In this document: positions 28,939 through 39,343 of the stretch, piece after piece
Layout: the number at the start of each line of letters is the position of its first letter
How positions within the stretch are numbered: the stretch's first letter is position 1
Virus record (IMG/VR): IMGVR_UViG_3300043772_001004
Location: 1 to 64,000 of that record
Strand: one strand, 5' to 3'
Source of the DNA: a virus
DNA length: 64,000 bases
The notes under the pieces: generated by a model
Seen by the model: the letters and a program-made list of their open reading frames with translations, nothing else
The model's database searches: none
What the model was told of the DNA's origin: nothing
Made by a program: the position numbers and the translations under genes

Positions 28939-31900
28939 CTAGTATTTCCAAAGTGGATCGTTAGGGTTTATACCAAAATTCTTAATTGCATTTTCAATAG
29001 CTTTTGTATTGTTTGTTTGATAGAAGTATTTAAACATTTGTTGATTATACTCATTTTGTTTTGCAAGTAAGTTCCAAGCATCACCTTCAATGTCATCTAT
29101 TTTTTGTCCACTTCTTTTATTCATGTCCATAAATTGCTCATACTCTATTGCATTACCATCTCTGTCCATAATTCTAGTAACTATTTTAGCACCATAGTCA
29201 ACACCCGGAACTCCATTTATTTTTGATAAAGTATACTTACCAGAATTTTGAGGATGAGTATATTTAATATCTTGGTTACTTAATACAATTTCAGTTGCTG
29301 TTGGAGTAGAAGCATTCCAAAGTTTATGCGTCCAATATTGATGTGGTGCAACTACAGTAAGTCCTTTCTGAATAATTCTATCTTGTGCTCTTGCCAAATC
29401 AGCAGCTTCATAATCCCCCTCTAAAGATTTCATTACTTCTTCTACAACTGTTCTTGGAATATTAAATGTTGTAGAACCTAGTTTATTATTTTCTCTAGCT
29501 ACTCTTGAAGTTGATAAAAAGAAATCTGGCATATCAGCTTTCCCCATTTTAGAGTATAATGTGCTTAAGAAAGATCTTGCTAAGTCATCATTTAATCCAT
29601 CTCCCTCACCTTCAGCTGGTAGATCATTTGAAAAGGCAAAATTAAAATCAGCTCCTTGTGGTAAATTTAATGCATCTCTGATAGCTTGAAGTGCTGCTTG
29701 ATGACCAAAGTCTCCACCAAAATCTGAATCTACTTTAACAGTTTGATTTTGAGAAGCTATTGCTACTTTGTCTCCACCTCTAGAAATTGTTTGAACAAAT
29801 GAATGCAATCCTTTTTCTGGATCATTATTAGATGCTAATTCTACATATGACTTATCTAAAATGTCATTAATCCAAGAAGCTTCTACATTAACTCTATTAC
29901 CTGTAGCTGCATCATATATTGCTTCAGCTCCATATATACCAGGTATATATTCCCACCAGCTTCTATTTCTATTACTTTGAGTATTTTTTACAAATGATAC
30001 TCCAAGATCTCCATTGATAGCTCTATTTAATTCTTCTGAATTACTTCTAACAGCATCCCAGTCATAGCCACTTGCAACATATTCATTCATTACTCTATTA
30101 ACAGCTCTGTCTATTTGCTCATTACTAATATTATAACCGTCTTCTTTTAATTTGTCAGCACTGAACTTTAAGTTTTCTGTAAATGCTTGTTTTATTTTTT
30201 TAGCATTATTAGCTCTTGTAATTTCCATTGCCTCATGGCTTCTTCCTAATGTTTCTAAATCATAGATTGATTTATCATTTACCATTTGGTCAGCAATTTG
30301 ATTACCATTATGTCTAGCAGACCATTGTTTCATATACTGATTTAAATGGTATATGTCTCCAAATTTAGTAACATTCTTAACAAATTTATCTTTGTCACCT
30401 TTACTATACTCACTATATATTTCATTCCAAATCTGTTTTGCTTTATTTTGATTTGGATATTTTTTACCTTGAGCAATAATTTTATCAATAGTAGGATCAT
30501 TAGATCTAAAGTGATTTAAAACCTGACCCAACTGAGCAGATGTTAATTGTGAACCATTATCACCATTAACCAAATCATTAATATAAGTCATCATGGAATT
30601 TATTCCCTGACCAGCTTTTTCATTAATTACTTCATCAAGTACTTGTTGGTTTAGTTTATCAAACTGAATTCCTTCTGATGTTTGACCAGACTCATCTTTT
30701 TTACCATGAAAAATTAAATCAAATCCAGAATTTTGTGGGTTCATCTCAAATGTACCATCTGCTTTATAGTATGCTCTTCCTTTAGCAACCATAGCTTCTT
30801 GGTATTTAGTCTGGCGTTTTAATCTTTCTGCTTCTTCTTGTTCTTCTAATTTATATCTGTGAGATTTAACTAATCTTGCATCAGCAGCAGATTCTCTAAA
30901 TTTAGCTATAGCAACTGCATCTGGTTTATATTCTATCTCATAATTACTATATGCATATGAACCAGCAGCACTATTTATATCTGTTCCTGCAGAATAAGAT
31001 GCCATAGCAGCATCAACTTTTAATCTAGCTAACTCTATATTATTCATTATATCGTCAGATTGAGCTGGCACTACTGCAGAACCAACAGCAGGATTCAATT
31101 GACTATTTAATTCAGAGGTGTGTTTTTCTACAGCATCAGACACACCTATCATCTCATTTAATCTTTCAGAATAACTTTTTTGCATTGGATTTACATTACC
31201 AGTTGCAACTTGTCTTTGTAAATTAGCTTGTAAGTTTTGAGAAGTATTTAAATCATCTTTGGCTTTTGCATCTTGTTGAGCTGTCATGTTTTTTAACCAA
31301 TCATATTTACCTTTTAAATATTCTTTTTCAGCTTCAAGTTTATTACCTCCAAATTTTTCTGCATTCTGATTTGCATAGTCCATTCTTTCAACAAATGCTT
31401 TTTCTTTATAGAACTTTTGCATGTCAGGTCTATTTGCATATTGTGCCCAAAAGATTTGTTGAAGTCCAGGCATTAGCTGTTCTCCATTTTTCTTTCTTAC
31501 CATATACATACCATCAGGTGTTTGTGTCACCATACCTATATCATACTTTTTAGCAAAGTCCATATATTCTGTAATGACATCTACTTTAGGTGTATATTGT
31601 GCATCAGCCATACTTAATGTCTCATCAAGAGTTGCATCCTTAAACATCTGTCTTCTATACTCAAGACCTCTAACACCTTCATCCCAATACTTTGCAGCTT
31701 GTTTTGGATCTGGAGAATTTAATAATGCTTGTGCATTAGAATATGTATTTTTCCAGTTCTTTGTATATGCCATATCTTTAATAAGATATTTGTCTTCATA
31801 AAATGGTCTGAAGACTTGCATAGCTTGATTAACATTTTGTTCTAAAGAAAGATCTAACCCTGAAACTCTTTTAAGATTAAAGTCAATTTGTTTTAATAAC

Positions 31901-32097
31901 TCATCTTTCTTTTTAATATTTTGATCATGCGTAAGGTCTGCACCATATAGTTGACCATATAGATTATTTAATGCATTCCAGTTAGTATCATACTGGGTCT
32001 GTTTTGTTTGTAACAGATTTGCATAGAAATTTAAATCAGGCTGAAAAGGCTGATAATCTGGTATGTAATCTGTGACTCCTTGTAAGTACGTTGCCAT
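28939..32097 (-). CDS. Putative internal virion/cargo protein (1052 aa)
   Basis: Long ORF with helical composition, N-terminal YQPFQPDLNFY; cargo-region position between muzzle and RNAP; no Cys seen. Confidence 0.65.
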   Translation of the reverse strand: MATYLQGVTDYIPDYQPFQPDLNFYANLLQTKQTQYDTNWNALNNLYGQLYGADLTHDQNIKKKDELLKQIDFNLKRVSGLDLSLEQNVNQAMQVFRPFYEDKYLIKDMAYTKNWKNTYSNAQALLNSPDPKQAAKYWDEGVRGLEYRRQMFKDATLDETLSMADAQYTPKVDVITEYMDFAKKYDIGMVTQTPDGMYMVRKKNGEQLMPGLQQIFWAQYANRPDMQKFYKEKAFVERMDYANQNAEKFGGNKLEAEKEYLKGKYDWLKNMTAQQDAKAKDDLNTSQNLQANLQRQVATGNVNPMQKSYSERLNEMIGVSDAVEKHTSELNSQLNPAVGSAVVPAQSDDIMNNIELARLKVDAAMASYSAGTDINSAAGSYAYSNYEIEYKPDAVAIAKFRESAADARLVKSHRYKLEEQEEAERLKRQTKYQEAMVAKGRAYYKADGTFEMNPQNSGFDLIFHGKKDESGQTSEGIQFDKLNQQVLDEVINEKAGQGINSMMTYINDLVNGDNGSQLTSAQLGQVLNHFRSNDPTIDKIIAQGKKYPNQNKAKQIWNEIYSEYSKGDKDKFVKNVTKFGDIYHLNQYMKQWSARHNGNQIADQMVNDKSIYDLETLGRSHEAMEITRANNAKKIKQAFTENLKFSADKLKEDGYNISNEQIDRAVNRVMNEYVASGYDWDAVRSNSEELNRAINGDLGVSFVKNTQSNRNRSWWEYIPGIYGAEAIYDAATGNRVNVEASWINDILDKSYVELASNNDPEKGLHSFVQTISRGGDKVAIASQNQTVKVDSDFGGDFGHQAALQAIRDALNLPQGADFNFAFSNDLPAEGEGDGLNDDLARSFLSTLYSKMGKADMPDFFLSTSRVARENNKLGSTTFNIPRTVVEEVMKSLEGDYEAADLARAQDRIIQKGLTVVAPHQYWTHKLWNASTPTATEIVLSNQDIKYTHPQNSGKYTLSKINGVPGVDYGAKIVTRIMDRDGNAIEYEQFMDMNKRSGQKIDDIEGDAWNLLAKQNEYNQQMFKYFYQTNNTKAIENAIKNFGINPNDPLWKY

Positions 32098-32127
32098 AGT
32101 GTAAAACTATTAAAATTTTTTAAGTTT

Positions 32128-32146
32128 ATTAAACATATAAAGTTTA
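32128..32146 (-). promoter_or_regulatory. 19-bp quasi-palindromic site, copy 1 (TAAACTTTATATGTTTAAT on - strand)
   Basis: 18/19 identical to 39325-39343; both begin at the upstream gene's TAA stop and open an intergenic gap. Confidence 0.55.
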
Positions 32147-35100
32147 GTCCATAAATGGAAACCATGAATTAATATAAATATATCCTGGGTTATTTATTGC
32201 TCCTCCTTTCTTTTTCTGTCCTTGATACATTCCCATACCAATTTTAGAATTAGCTCCTGTACTTGCAGATGTAGTAGTTGTAGCTGAAGCTTTAGCACAA
32301 TCTCTTAATAATGCTTCACTCATGCCAGGATTATTTTTCTTACATTCATCATATGCCTTTTGCCATGAATTAGTATTAGAACCGGCACTTGGATTAGGAG
32401 TTTTTTCAGTTGGATTAAAATCCATTCTACCACCTACTCCTGGAGACACTTTATAATTAGGATACATTTGGTTTAATGCATCTGTCTGCCATCTATTAGT
32501 AATAGCATTAGTATAGTAGTTTCTCAAGTTATTTCTCATTGCTAACTTAGCATTATCAAACTGTTGATTAGCAACAGTATTCTGATCATATAATCTTTGT
32601 GCATTAGCTTGTTTCAACATGCTTTCTTGGTTAGCAATGTCAGTACCTTTTAACTCAAATTGATTTGCTATATTAACATTAGCATTGTTATACTTAGAAA
32701 GTACATCCGCAGCATTCTTAGCAGCTTGACCTTGTACACTTGCAGACCTTGCAGACAATGCTTGTGGTCCAGCAAATTGAGCCATACCCTGTGTTTGGAT
32801 ATTAGCTTGTTCTGCATTAGCAGCAAGTTCTCTTGTAGGATCTAAAAATGCTGGTCTTGGTTTTTGTAACTCACCTGCAGGAGCCCATGGCATATATTTT
32901 TTAACACCCATTAAATCTCCAAAAGCACCAGTAGTTTTGATTGTATCTTGTAACCACCATTCAGCAGGAGGACCTGGGACATCTACATCCATATCTTCCT
33001 CACAAGGAGGACAAGTACCATCTGCATTTCTAGGTTGAGTTATCTCAGTTTGATTACCTTGCTCATCTACTTTTATACAAGGACATGGATTTTGTTCAGG
33101 TGGATTTTTACAAAGATCTGGATTACATTTATTTGTATTTGGATCTAATCTACCATAGTTTGGTTTAGTAGCATCATCACATTGACATTGTACTGCAGGT
33201 GGTGGAGTATCAAATTGCATTTCTTCTAACATAGCTGCAGCCACATGCTCCATGGTAGTATTACCGGTGGTTGATTTAGAAACAGGATAAAAATCATCAA
33301 TAGGAGATATCATGGCATTACCAGCTAGATGAGGGTAAAGATTTAAACTACTAGTTTCATCAGCAACACCAGATTGAAGTTCTCCTAAAAAGTTTCTTAG
33401 TTCATATATTTCATCATCATTATAAATTTTACCTTTAACATTATTTGACATTTGAGCATAGCCGTGAAAAGTAGCTTGTTGCAATGCTCTATCTTTACCA
33501 TCAACTTCAAAAGGGACATTTAATCCTTTAGCTATATCAGAAACATTTTCTCCACCATATGTATTTTTCATATATGTCTGTGCGGCTTGTAAATCTGCTT
33601 TAGATTTAATTAGAGTATCTCCAGTTGGATCTCTAGGATCACTTACTCTAGCTCCCTCTGCAATTAAAGAAGCAACTCCTTTATAATTTTTACCACCAAC
33701 TGTATAATCTTCCCATGGTGCAAATCCTCTTCCTGTATCTTTATATAATTGCCCATCAATTGATTTTGCTTGAAACAGTAAGTTTCTTTTTTGATGAGCT
33801 AAAAAAGCATCAATAACTTGTTTCTTATCTGGCAATGTATAGCCTCTTTGTGTCCAGTTTCTACTAGCTACACTAGGATTTGTTTTACCTCTAAAATGCT
33901 TTTCTTCATTTAAAGAATTTATAGTTTCATCAAAAAGTTTTTGTGAAACAGTAGAGTTAGGATCTTTAAGAGATTGCTCAAGTAAATAATATTCCGCAGC
34001 TGCAGTTTTTGCTATATCTGTACTTCCCCATTGACTCATATCAAGAGTGCCTGTATCAGTAGGAGCAGATCTTTTATAACCAGTAAAGGTTTTTGACTGA
34101 CCTGATGCATCAATTACCTTAATCTCATCTGTTGACTTTTGATCTTGTTTTTCTTTATAAGCTTTATTAATTGCTCTTTCATATTCAGCATCAGTTGCAT
34201 AATCTGATCTTTTTATTGTCCACCCATTACCAGCTTTTATTAAAGGTTTAGTTCTACCTTGATAATTTTGTGACATACCAGTTCCCATAGGCATACCATA
34301 GTCTGCTTCTGGGATTTCTTCTTCATATTCTGGTTCATCATAAAATGGCATATCATAACCTCCCATTTGCATACCATACATAGCCATTGGTGGTCCTTGT
34401 GGTTCTTCTGCACCACCTTGCATTTGCTGAATAACTTGTTGTATAAGACCAACAGCTTGTTCTTGAGGAACACCTAACTGAGTAAAGATCTGTACAATAA
34501 CTTCTGGAGGAAGTTGATTTTGTAATAAACTCATTACAACCTCTTGAGGTTCTGCACCTTGTTGTAATGCAGCTCCTATTTCCTGAACAATCTCCATCAT
34601 CTGATCTCCACCTTGCTCTTCTGCCATCATCTCTGGTGGAACTTGTTCCATACCTTCTTCAGCTCTTCTTAATCTTCTGTGAGGATAACCACCATGCATC
34701 ATCATTCCTTCTGGTGCTGGTTGTTGCATTTGCTCTTCAGGTTGAGCTACAGGTTGTCCTTGATTTAATTCTTGAGCTTGTTCTGCAGAATATTCATCTT
34801 GCATAGTTTCATCAGCATTTTCTTGTTGCTGATACTTTGCTTCTATCTGAGATTTAAGATCTACTATTTCTTTTTTAGGTGCAATCTGTTCTTCTGTAAT
34901 TCCTTTAGCTTGCATACAAGGTTTAGCAACTGCAGGTATACCTTGAGGGAAACCTTTCTTTGCTTCTTGTGCAAGAGCTAGACAGCCTAATTTAATTACA
35001 AATTTTTTGATCATTAACTCAGCAGATTCTCTATCTAATTTATCTGAGTCAGGATCTTCTAATATTTTTCTATACTTCTGTATATCATATTGTTTTGCAA

Positions 35101-35503
35101 GTTGTGCTGGTGTATATGCTTTATTTGTTCCTGCCTTACCAAACATATCTAGTATCTCAGGATCTTTTATCTTCATACCTCTAGTATCACTAAAGATAAA
35201 AGTGTCATCAGGAAGGTTTAATGGTACACCACCTGAATGGTGTCTTGGTCCTTTAATAATTTGATGCTCTGGCATCCCATCACCATTGATGTCTCCATAT
35301 ACTGTTTCTCCACCTTCTGCTTCTAGATTAGCCTCATCTCTTGGTACAGCTGTAATATATTTACTTTCCCTAAGCTTAGGCTTTCCTATATAGGCATTAT
35401 AATCTGCACCACCCATTGCTGGTACATCATTAGCTAATGCTCCTTGAACTTGGTATCCAGTTCTTGCTTTAGGTACTTTTTTAATTCTTACTTTTCTTAA
35501 CAT
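32144..35503 (-). CDS. Putative cargo protein (1119 aa), crAss cargo-1-like
   Basis: ANLEAEGGETV...GPRHHSGGVPLNLP..TFIFSD module; Q/E/M-rich linker; Cys-Pro-rich segment; Q/N/A-rich coiled C-terminal region. Confidence 0.65.
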   Translation of the reverse strand: MLRKVRIKKVPKARTGYQVQGALANDVPAMGGADYNAYIGKPKLRESKYITAVPRDEANLEAEGGETVYGDINGDGMPEHQIIKGPRHHSGGVPLNLPDDTFIFSDTRGMKIKDPEILDMFGKAGTNKAYTPAQLAKQYDIQKYRKILEDPDSDKLDRESAELMIKKFVIKLGCLALAQEAKKGFPQGIPAVAKPCMQAKGITEEQIAPKKEIVDLKSQIEAKYQQQENADETMQDEYSAEQAQELNQGQPVAQPEEQMQQPAPEGMMMHGGYPHRRLRRAEEGMEQVPPEMMAEEQGGDQMMEIVQEIGAALQQGAEPQEVVMSLLQNQLPPEVIVQIFTQLGVPQEQAVGLIQQVIQQMQGGAEEPQGPPMAMYGMQMGGYDMPFYDEPEYEEEIPEADYGMPMGTGMSQNYQGRTKPLIKAGNGWTIKRSDYATDAEYERAINKAYKEKQDQKSTDEIKVIDASGQSKTFTGYKRSAPTDTGTLDMSQWGSTDIAKTAAAEYYLLEQSLKDPNSTVSQKLFDETINSLNEEKHFRGKTNPSVASRNWTQRGYTLPDKKQVIDAFLAHQKRNLLFQAKSIDGQLYKDTGRGFAPWEDYTVGGKNYKGVASLIAEGARVSDPRDPTGDTLIKSKADLQAAQTYMKNTYGGENVSDIAKGLNVPFEVDGKDRALQQATFHGYAQMSNNVKGKIYNDDEIYELRNFLGELQSGVADETSSLNLYPHLAGNAMISPIDDFYPVSKSTTGNTTMEHVAAAMLEEMQFDTPPPAVQCQCDDATKPNYGRLDPNTNKCNPDLCKNPPEQNPCPCIKVDEQGNQTEITQPRNADGTCPPCEEDMDVDVPGPPAEWWLQDTIKTTGAFGDLMGVKKYMPWAPAGELQKPRPAFLDPTRELAANAEQANIQTQGMAQFAGPQALSARSASVQGQAAKNAADVLSKYNNANVNIANQFELKGTDIANQESMLKQANAQRLYDQNTVANQQFDNAKLAMRNNLRNYYTNAITNRWQTDALNQMYPNYKVSPGVGGRMDFNPTEKTPNPSAGSNTNSWQKAYDECKKNNPGMSEALLRDCAKASATTTTSASTGANSKIGMGMYQGQKKKGGAINNPGYIYINSWFPFMD

Positions 35504-35511
35504 AGTGTAAA

Positions 35512-38500
35512 TTATAAATATTCTATTTCACCACCTCTTGCCAGATAATCTTGGATTTCTTCATCTGTCATGTATATTTCTTCATCATTATATGGATCTG
35601 CAAACCCACCATATTCCATATAACCACCATATTTAGATACTCCTGGATAGTTACCAAATGTAGAAAGGCTGTTTCTGTCATTGCCTTGTTGAGGTCCAAA
35701 TGTACCCATATTTTGTGCCATATCTTGTTGTTGTCCTGCATATGGAGCATTAGTAATGGGTACTTGATTAAATAAATTAGTTGCTTGATATGTAGTAGCA
35801 AGGCTTCTTGGATTATTCTGTAAGTTATTAATCATTCCAGAAGTAAAATTAACACCAGTATTAAAAGCATTATTAAAAGCTTCTCCGTCCATTTGAGTTA
35901 CTTTTCTATATTGAGTTGGATCATAATAGTTTGTATCATTAGGTTTCTCATCAGAGTTAACATAAAATTGTTCTGGTGATGCTGGTGGTGTAATTGCATC
36001 TGGTGCTTTACTTATTGGATTTCCATTTTCATCAAAACCCATTGTTGTACCTTCTGGGGCATCAATATTAATATCAGAAGTATTAAATGAACCAGACATC
36101 CAATCAGTATTTTTTGGACCACCAGTATTATATTTAGGTTGTAGGAATGCACCAAAAGGTAAGCTTCTTGACAAAAACTGTTGCATACCATAAGAATTAA
36201 ATCCACGGTCACCTTTACCAGCATCTCTTGCTAACAACATTGGTAGTACTCTATATCTATCTTCTTTTCCAAACTGTCTTAAATTCTTTCTGCTATATGG
36301 ATTATCACGTCTACTAATCTTTGGTTGATCAGTAAGGTAACTTCTAAATATAGGATTTATTGGAATCAATGTATTTGCCAAACTAGATCTTCCTCTTACA
36401 ACTTTAGGATTAAGTTTATATTGCATAATAGGTACACACTGATTATATGTCTTACTCCATATAGTTCCAGGAGGGCAGTTGTGGAAGGTTTCAACTATAT
36501 CATCATTATTTGGATTTACTTCAAAAGTGTTTTGATCCAATGCTGGTGACATCTTATCTGCAATGTATTGTCCACCAGATCCTCCAGGAGGCATTGTTAT
36601 ACCACCACCTGCTTCTGGCAAACTGTATGGTTCATAAAAAGCTGGATCTTCATCACCACCATAGATAAATCTAGTAAGTGGATTTTCTACATCCATATTT
36701 ACATAACCACCCATTTCACCAAACTGAGGTTGTTGGATCATTTGATTGTCTTGAGGTTGTTGCTGTTGGTTATTACCCATGAAAATATTCATAAGTTGAG
36801 GATCACCTGATTTTTGAACAGCAGTATAAAGGTCTTCAGTTACAATTTTGTCTGCTTGAGTTTTTAGTTTAGTAACAAAATTATTTTTCTTTTCAGAAAC
36901 TTTACCATTATCCATCCTGTTACCTTTTCCTAATTCTCCACCAGGTGCAAACTTAGACATTACATTTTTAACAAACTGTTTTTTCTGAGCTCCTCCTCTT
37001 TTAAAATTATCTGGTAATGGTGTTGCCCATCCTTTATCATGGATTGTATCTCCATTTTGAATAAGCATACTATCTTTATCAAAACTAGATCTTGTAACTC
37101 CAAAATTAGGGTCATTACCAACTCTACCAGCTCCTTGGAAATTTATATTACTTCCAGGTACCAACTGTTCCATTCCCCTATCATAAATAAAATCTTTATC
37201 TGGTTCTTGTAAAAACTGGTTGTATCCTAAATATCCTAAACCACCAAGAATTCCAGCTGTTTTTAAAAAGCCTAATCCTGTTTTGTAATTACGATCTTTT
37301 AATAAACTATAGTCTGCATACTGAGCACCAAAAGGTTGATCTCCAAAAGTCATTCCACCAGGAGCTTGTGGTCCTATTTCTCTTTGCCTTCCAAGATATT
37401 GTGTTTTAACATTTGAAGCATTAGGATAAAACTTACTTCTTTCAGCAAACCTTGGATATGTAAATGGAAGAGACATTGGAGAAAAGACCATTGGTTTTCC
37501 TATCATGTTCCAAGCAGTATTCCAACCAGAAACTGGTTCTTTTTTTAAAGGACTTTCAGAAATTATTTGAGGATACTTACTTAAATCAAGTCCCGGGAAT
37601 TTAGAAGTAAAAGGAAATCTATATGGAGAGTTATACCAATTTAACTGGTTACCCATATAATAGTTTTTATCAACTATCTCTAAAGGTAACTTTGTTTTTG
37701 GGTCTAGTATCTCTTTTGTTTTAGGATCTATAATAATTTCATCCTTTAACTTTATAGAACTTTTACCATAACCTTTTAATCTTGTTGGAACTTCTGAAAG
37801 AATTTCTACTTTAAATAGTCCATTTTCATCTTTAGTAAATTTAAGTTTACCATTGTTTTGTTTATGGATACTTAAAAAATCTAACTCAGGAGCAATTGAC
37901 TCTGGCATTCCCACACCACCAAGAAGAGCACCTAATGATTGTATATCTATTTCTGTAGGTTTCTTCTTTTTAGAAAGCATATTAAATTCCTCTGTGCTCT
38001 TTAATAAAAAGTCTGCAAGTGCTGGATCTAAATTAAAACCTAAACCTGTACTGTATGTATTATCTGCATTTTTTTGTAATACTGATGGCTCATACTTATC
38101 ATTTTCTATAAGTGCATTTATATCAGTAATAATTTTTGTAGTGGTAGTAGAAGGTGCTACTTGCTCTCTCCATTTCTCTCTCCAGTTTTGTGGTCTTACT
38201 GTATTTAAAACGGTTCCTAAGTTTTCTACTCTTGTACCAAAAAACCCTCTATCAGATAATGGATTTCTTTTAGCAAAGAAGTTTTGATAGTTCTGCCATG
38301 TTGATGGAGTAACTGCAGATTCTTGTGGTGTTACAGTTCTCTGAGGTCCTACACTTTCTACAGGAGCTACTGTAGGTTCTACAGGTTCAACTACAGTTTC
38401 TCTTGTTTCAGGTTTTGCTGGAGTTTTAGCTTTTCTTCCACGCTTACCTTTTCCAGGACCTGGACCACCACCAGCAAATTTGTTTAAACCACCATACTTA

Positions 38501-39282
38501 TTAGCTGGTAATAAATCTTGTGGTACACTACCTTCATCAGCAACTGGTCTATAGCTACCTAAGTAATAACTAAGGTCTGGTGTTTGTGGAAAATTTTGTG
38601 CACCTGGAGTAAACTTAATTAGTCTACTTAAATCAAATGGTATTTCTTCTTCAGCAGATAGTTTTCCCGGATTACTATATTGATCTATAACAGCATCTTG
38701 TGGTGAATCAGCATCTGCAAAATAATTTGTATAATCATCTTCATATTCTCCACCATCATCATAATAACCACCATATTGAAATGCTCCTTCTTGTGCATAT
38801 TGTTCTGAGCCAGAATCTAAATGTTGCATACCATCATACCCACTTGGCATATCTGATTCAGCTAATGCTATATCTTCATCATCATTAGTATTTGTTGGAG
38901 CTGGTTTAGGTGTTGGTTGTGGAGCTGGACCAGCAGCTTGAGGATTGGTTCCTTGTGCAGTATCTTCCTCTTCCTCTTCTTCTAAATATGCTGGATCTTT
39001 ATAACCTTTTTGAGCAAGCACAGTCATTACTCTATTGATCATTGCAAATGCCATCTTTTGCTCTATACCATATTTGGTAACTAAAGTTTCAAAAATAGTA
39101 TTTGGATCTGCGCCATCTCTTAAACTTGCATATGTATCATTCATGATAACTTTTAATCTTTCTTGCACTTGCAATCCTTGACTGGCTTTTGGTAAAGCTT
39201 TGTTTAAGAAATTAGCTGTCTTGTTGTAGTACCCTGGTTTTTCACCGGGACCAGCCTTTCTTATTCTAACAGATTTTTTCAT
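35512..39282 (-). CDS. Putative cargo polyprotein (1256 aa) with many xxGG motifs and one hydrophobic helix
   Basis: Long ORF; FQYGG, KYGG, FKRGG, FAPGG, FIYGG, MEYGG; LGFLKTAGILGGLGYLGY; shared C-terminal tag. Confidence 0.62.
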   Translation of the reverse strand: MKKSVRIRKAGPGEKPGYYNKTANFLNKALPKASQGLQVQERLKVIMNDTYASLRDGADPNTIFETLVTKYGIEQKMAFAMINRVMTVLAQKGYKDPAYLEEEEEEDTAQGTNPQAAGPAPQPTPKPAPTNTNDDEDIALAESDMPSGYDGMQHLDSGSEQYAQEGAFQYGGYYDDGGEYEDDYTNYFADADSPQDAVIDQYSNPGKLSAEEEIPFDLSRLIKFTPGAQNFPQTPDLSYYLGSYRPVADEGSVPQDLLPANKYGGLNKFAGGGPGPGKGKRGRKAKTPAKPETRETVVEPVEPTVAPVESVGPQRTVTPQESAVTPSTWQNYQNFFAKRNPLSDRGFFGTRVENLGTVLNTVRPQNWREKWREQVAPSTTTTKIITDINALIENDKYEPSVLQKNADNTYSTGLGFNLDPALADFLLKSTEEFNMLSKKKKPTEIDIQSLGALLGGVGMPESIAPELDFLSIHKQNNGKLKFTKDENGLFKVEILSEVPTRLKGYGKSSIKLKDEIIIDPKTKEILDPKTKLPLEIVDKNYYMGNQLNWYNSPYRFPFTSKFPGLDLSKYPQIISESPLKKEPVSGWNTAWNMIGKPMVFSPMSLPFTYPRFAERSKFYPNASNVKTQYLGRQREIGPQAPGGMTFGDQPFGAQYADYSLLKDRNYKTGLGFLKTAGILGGLGYLGYNQFLQEPDKDFIYDRGMEQLVPGSNINFQGAGRVGNDPNFGVTRSSFDKDSMLIQNGDTIHDKGWATPLPDNFKRGGAQKKQFVKNVMSKFAPGGELGKGNRMDNGKVSEKKNNFVTKLKTQADKIVTEDLYTAVQKSGDPQLMNIFMGNNQQQQPQDNQMIQQPQFGEMGGYVNMDVENPLTRFIYGGDEDPAFYEPYSLPEAGGGITMPPGGSGGQYIADKMSPALDQNTFEVNPNNDDIVETFHNCPPGTIWSKTYNQCVPIMQYKLNPKVVRGRSSLANTLIPINPIFRSYLTDQPKISRRDNPYSRKNLRQFGKEDRYRVLPMLLARDAGKGDRGFNSYGMQQFLSRSLPFGAFLQPKYNTGGPKNTDWMSGSFNTSDINIDAPEGTTMGFDENGNPISKAPDAITPPASPEQFYVNSDEKPNDTNYYDPTQYRKVTQMDGEAFNNAFNTGVNFTSGMINNLQNNPRSLATTYQATNLFNQVPITNAPYAGQQQDMAQNMGTFGPQQGNDRNSLSTFGNYPGVSKYGGYMEYGGFADPYNDEEIYMTDEEIQDYLARGGEIEYL

Positions 39283-39300
39283 ATAGCATGTTATATATTA

Positions 39301-39310
39301 AATATACTAA
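39301..39310 (-). promoter_or_regulatory. Candidate late promoter element TTAGTATATT
   Basis: Identical 10-mer in three intergenic gaps (39301, 56874, 58949) plus a one-mismatch copy at 63694, each shortly upstream of a - strand start codon. Confidence 0.6.
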
Positions 39311-39324
39311 ATTTTAATTTATTC

Positions 39325-39343
39325 ATTAAACTTATAAAGTTTA
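39325..39343 (-). promoter_or_regulatory. 19-bp quasi-palindromic site, copy 2 (TAAACTTTATAAGTTTAAT on - strand)
   Basis: Perfect TAAACTT-TAT-AAGTTTA inverted repeat; near-identical to 32128-32146. Confidence 0.55.
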
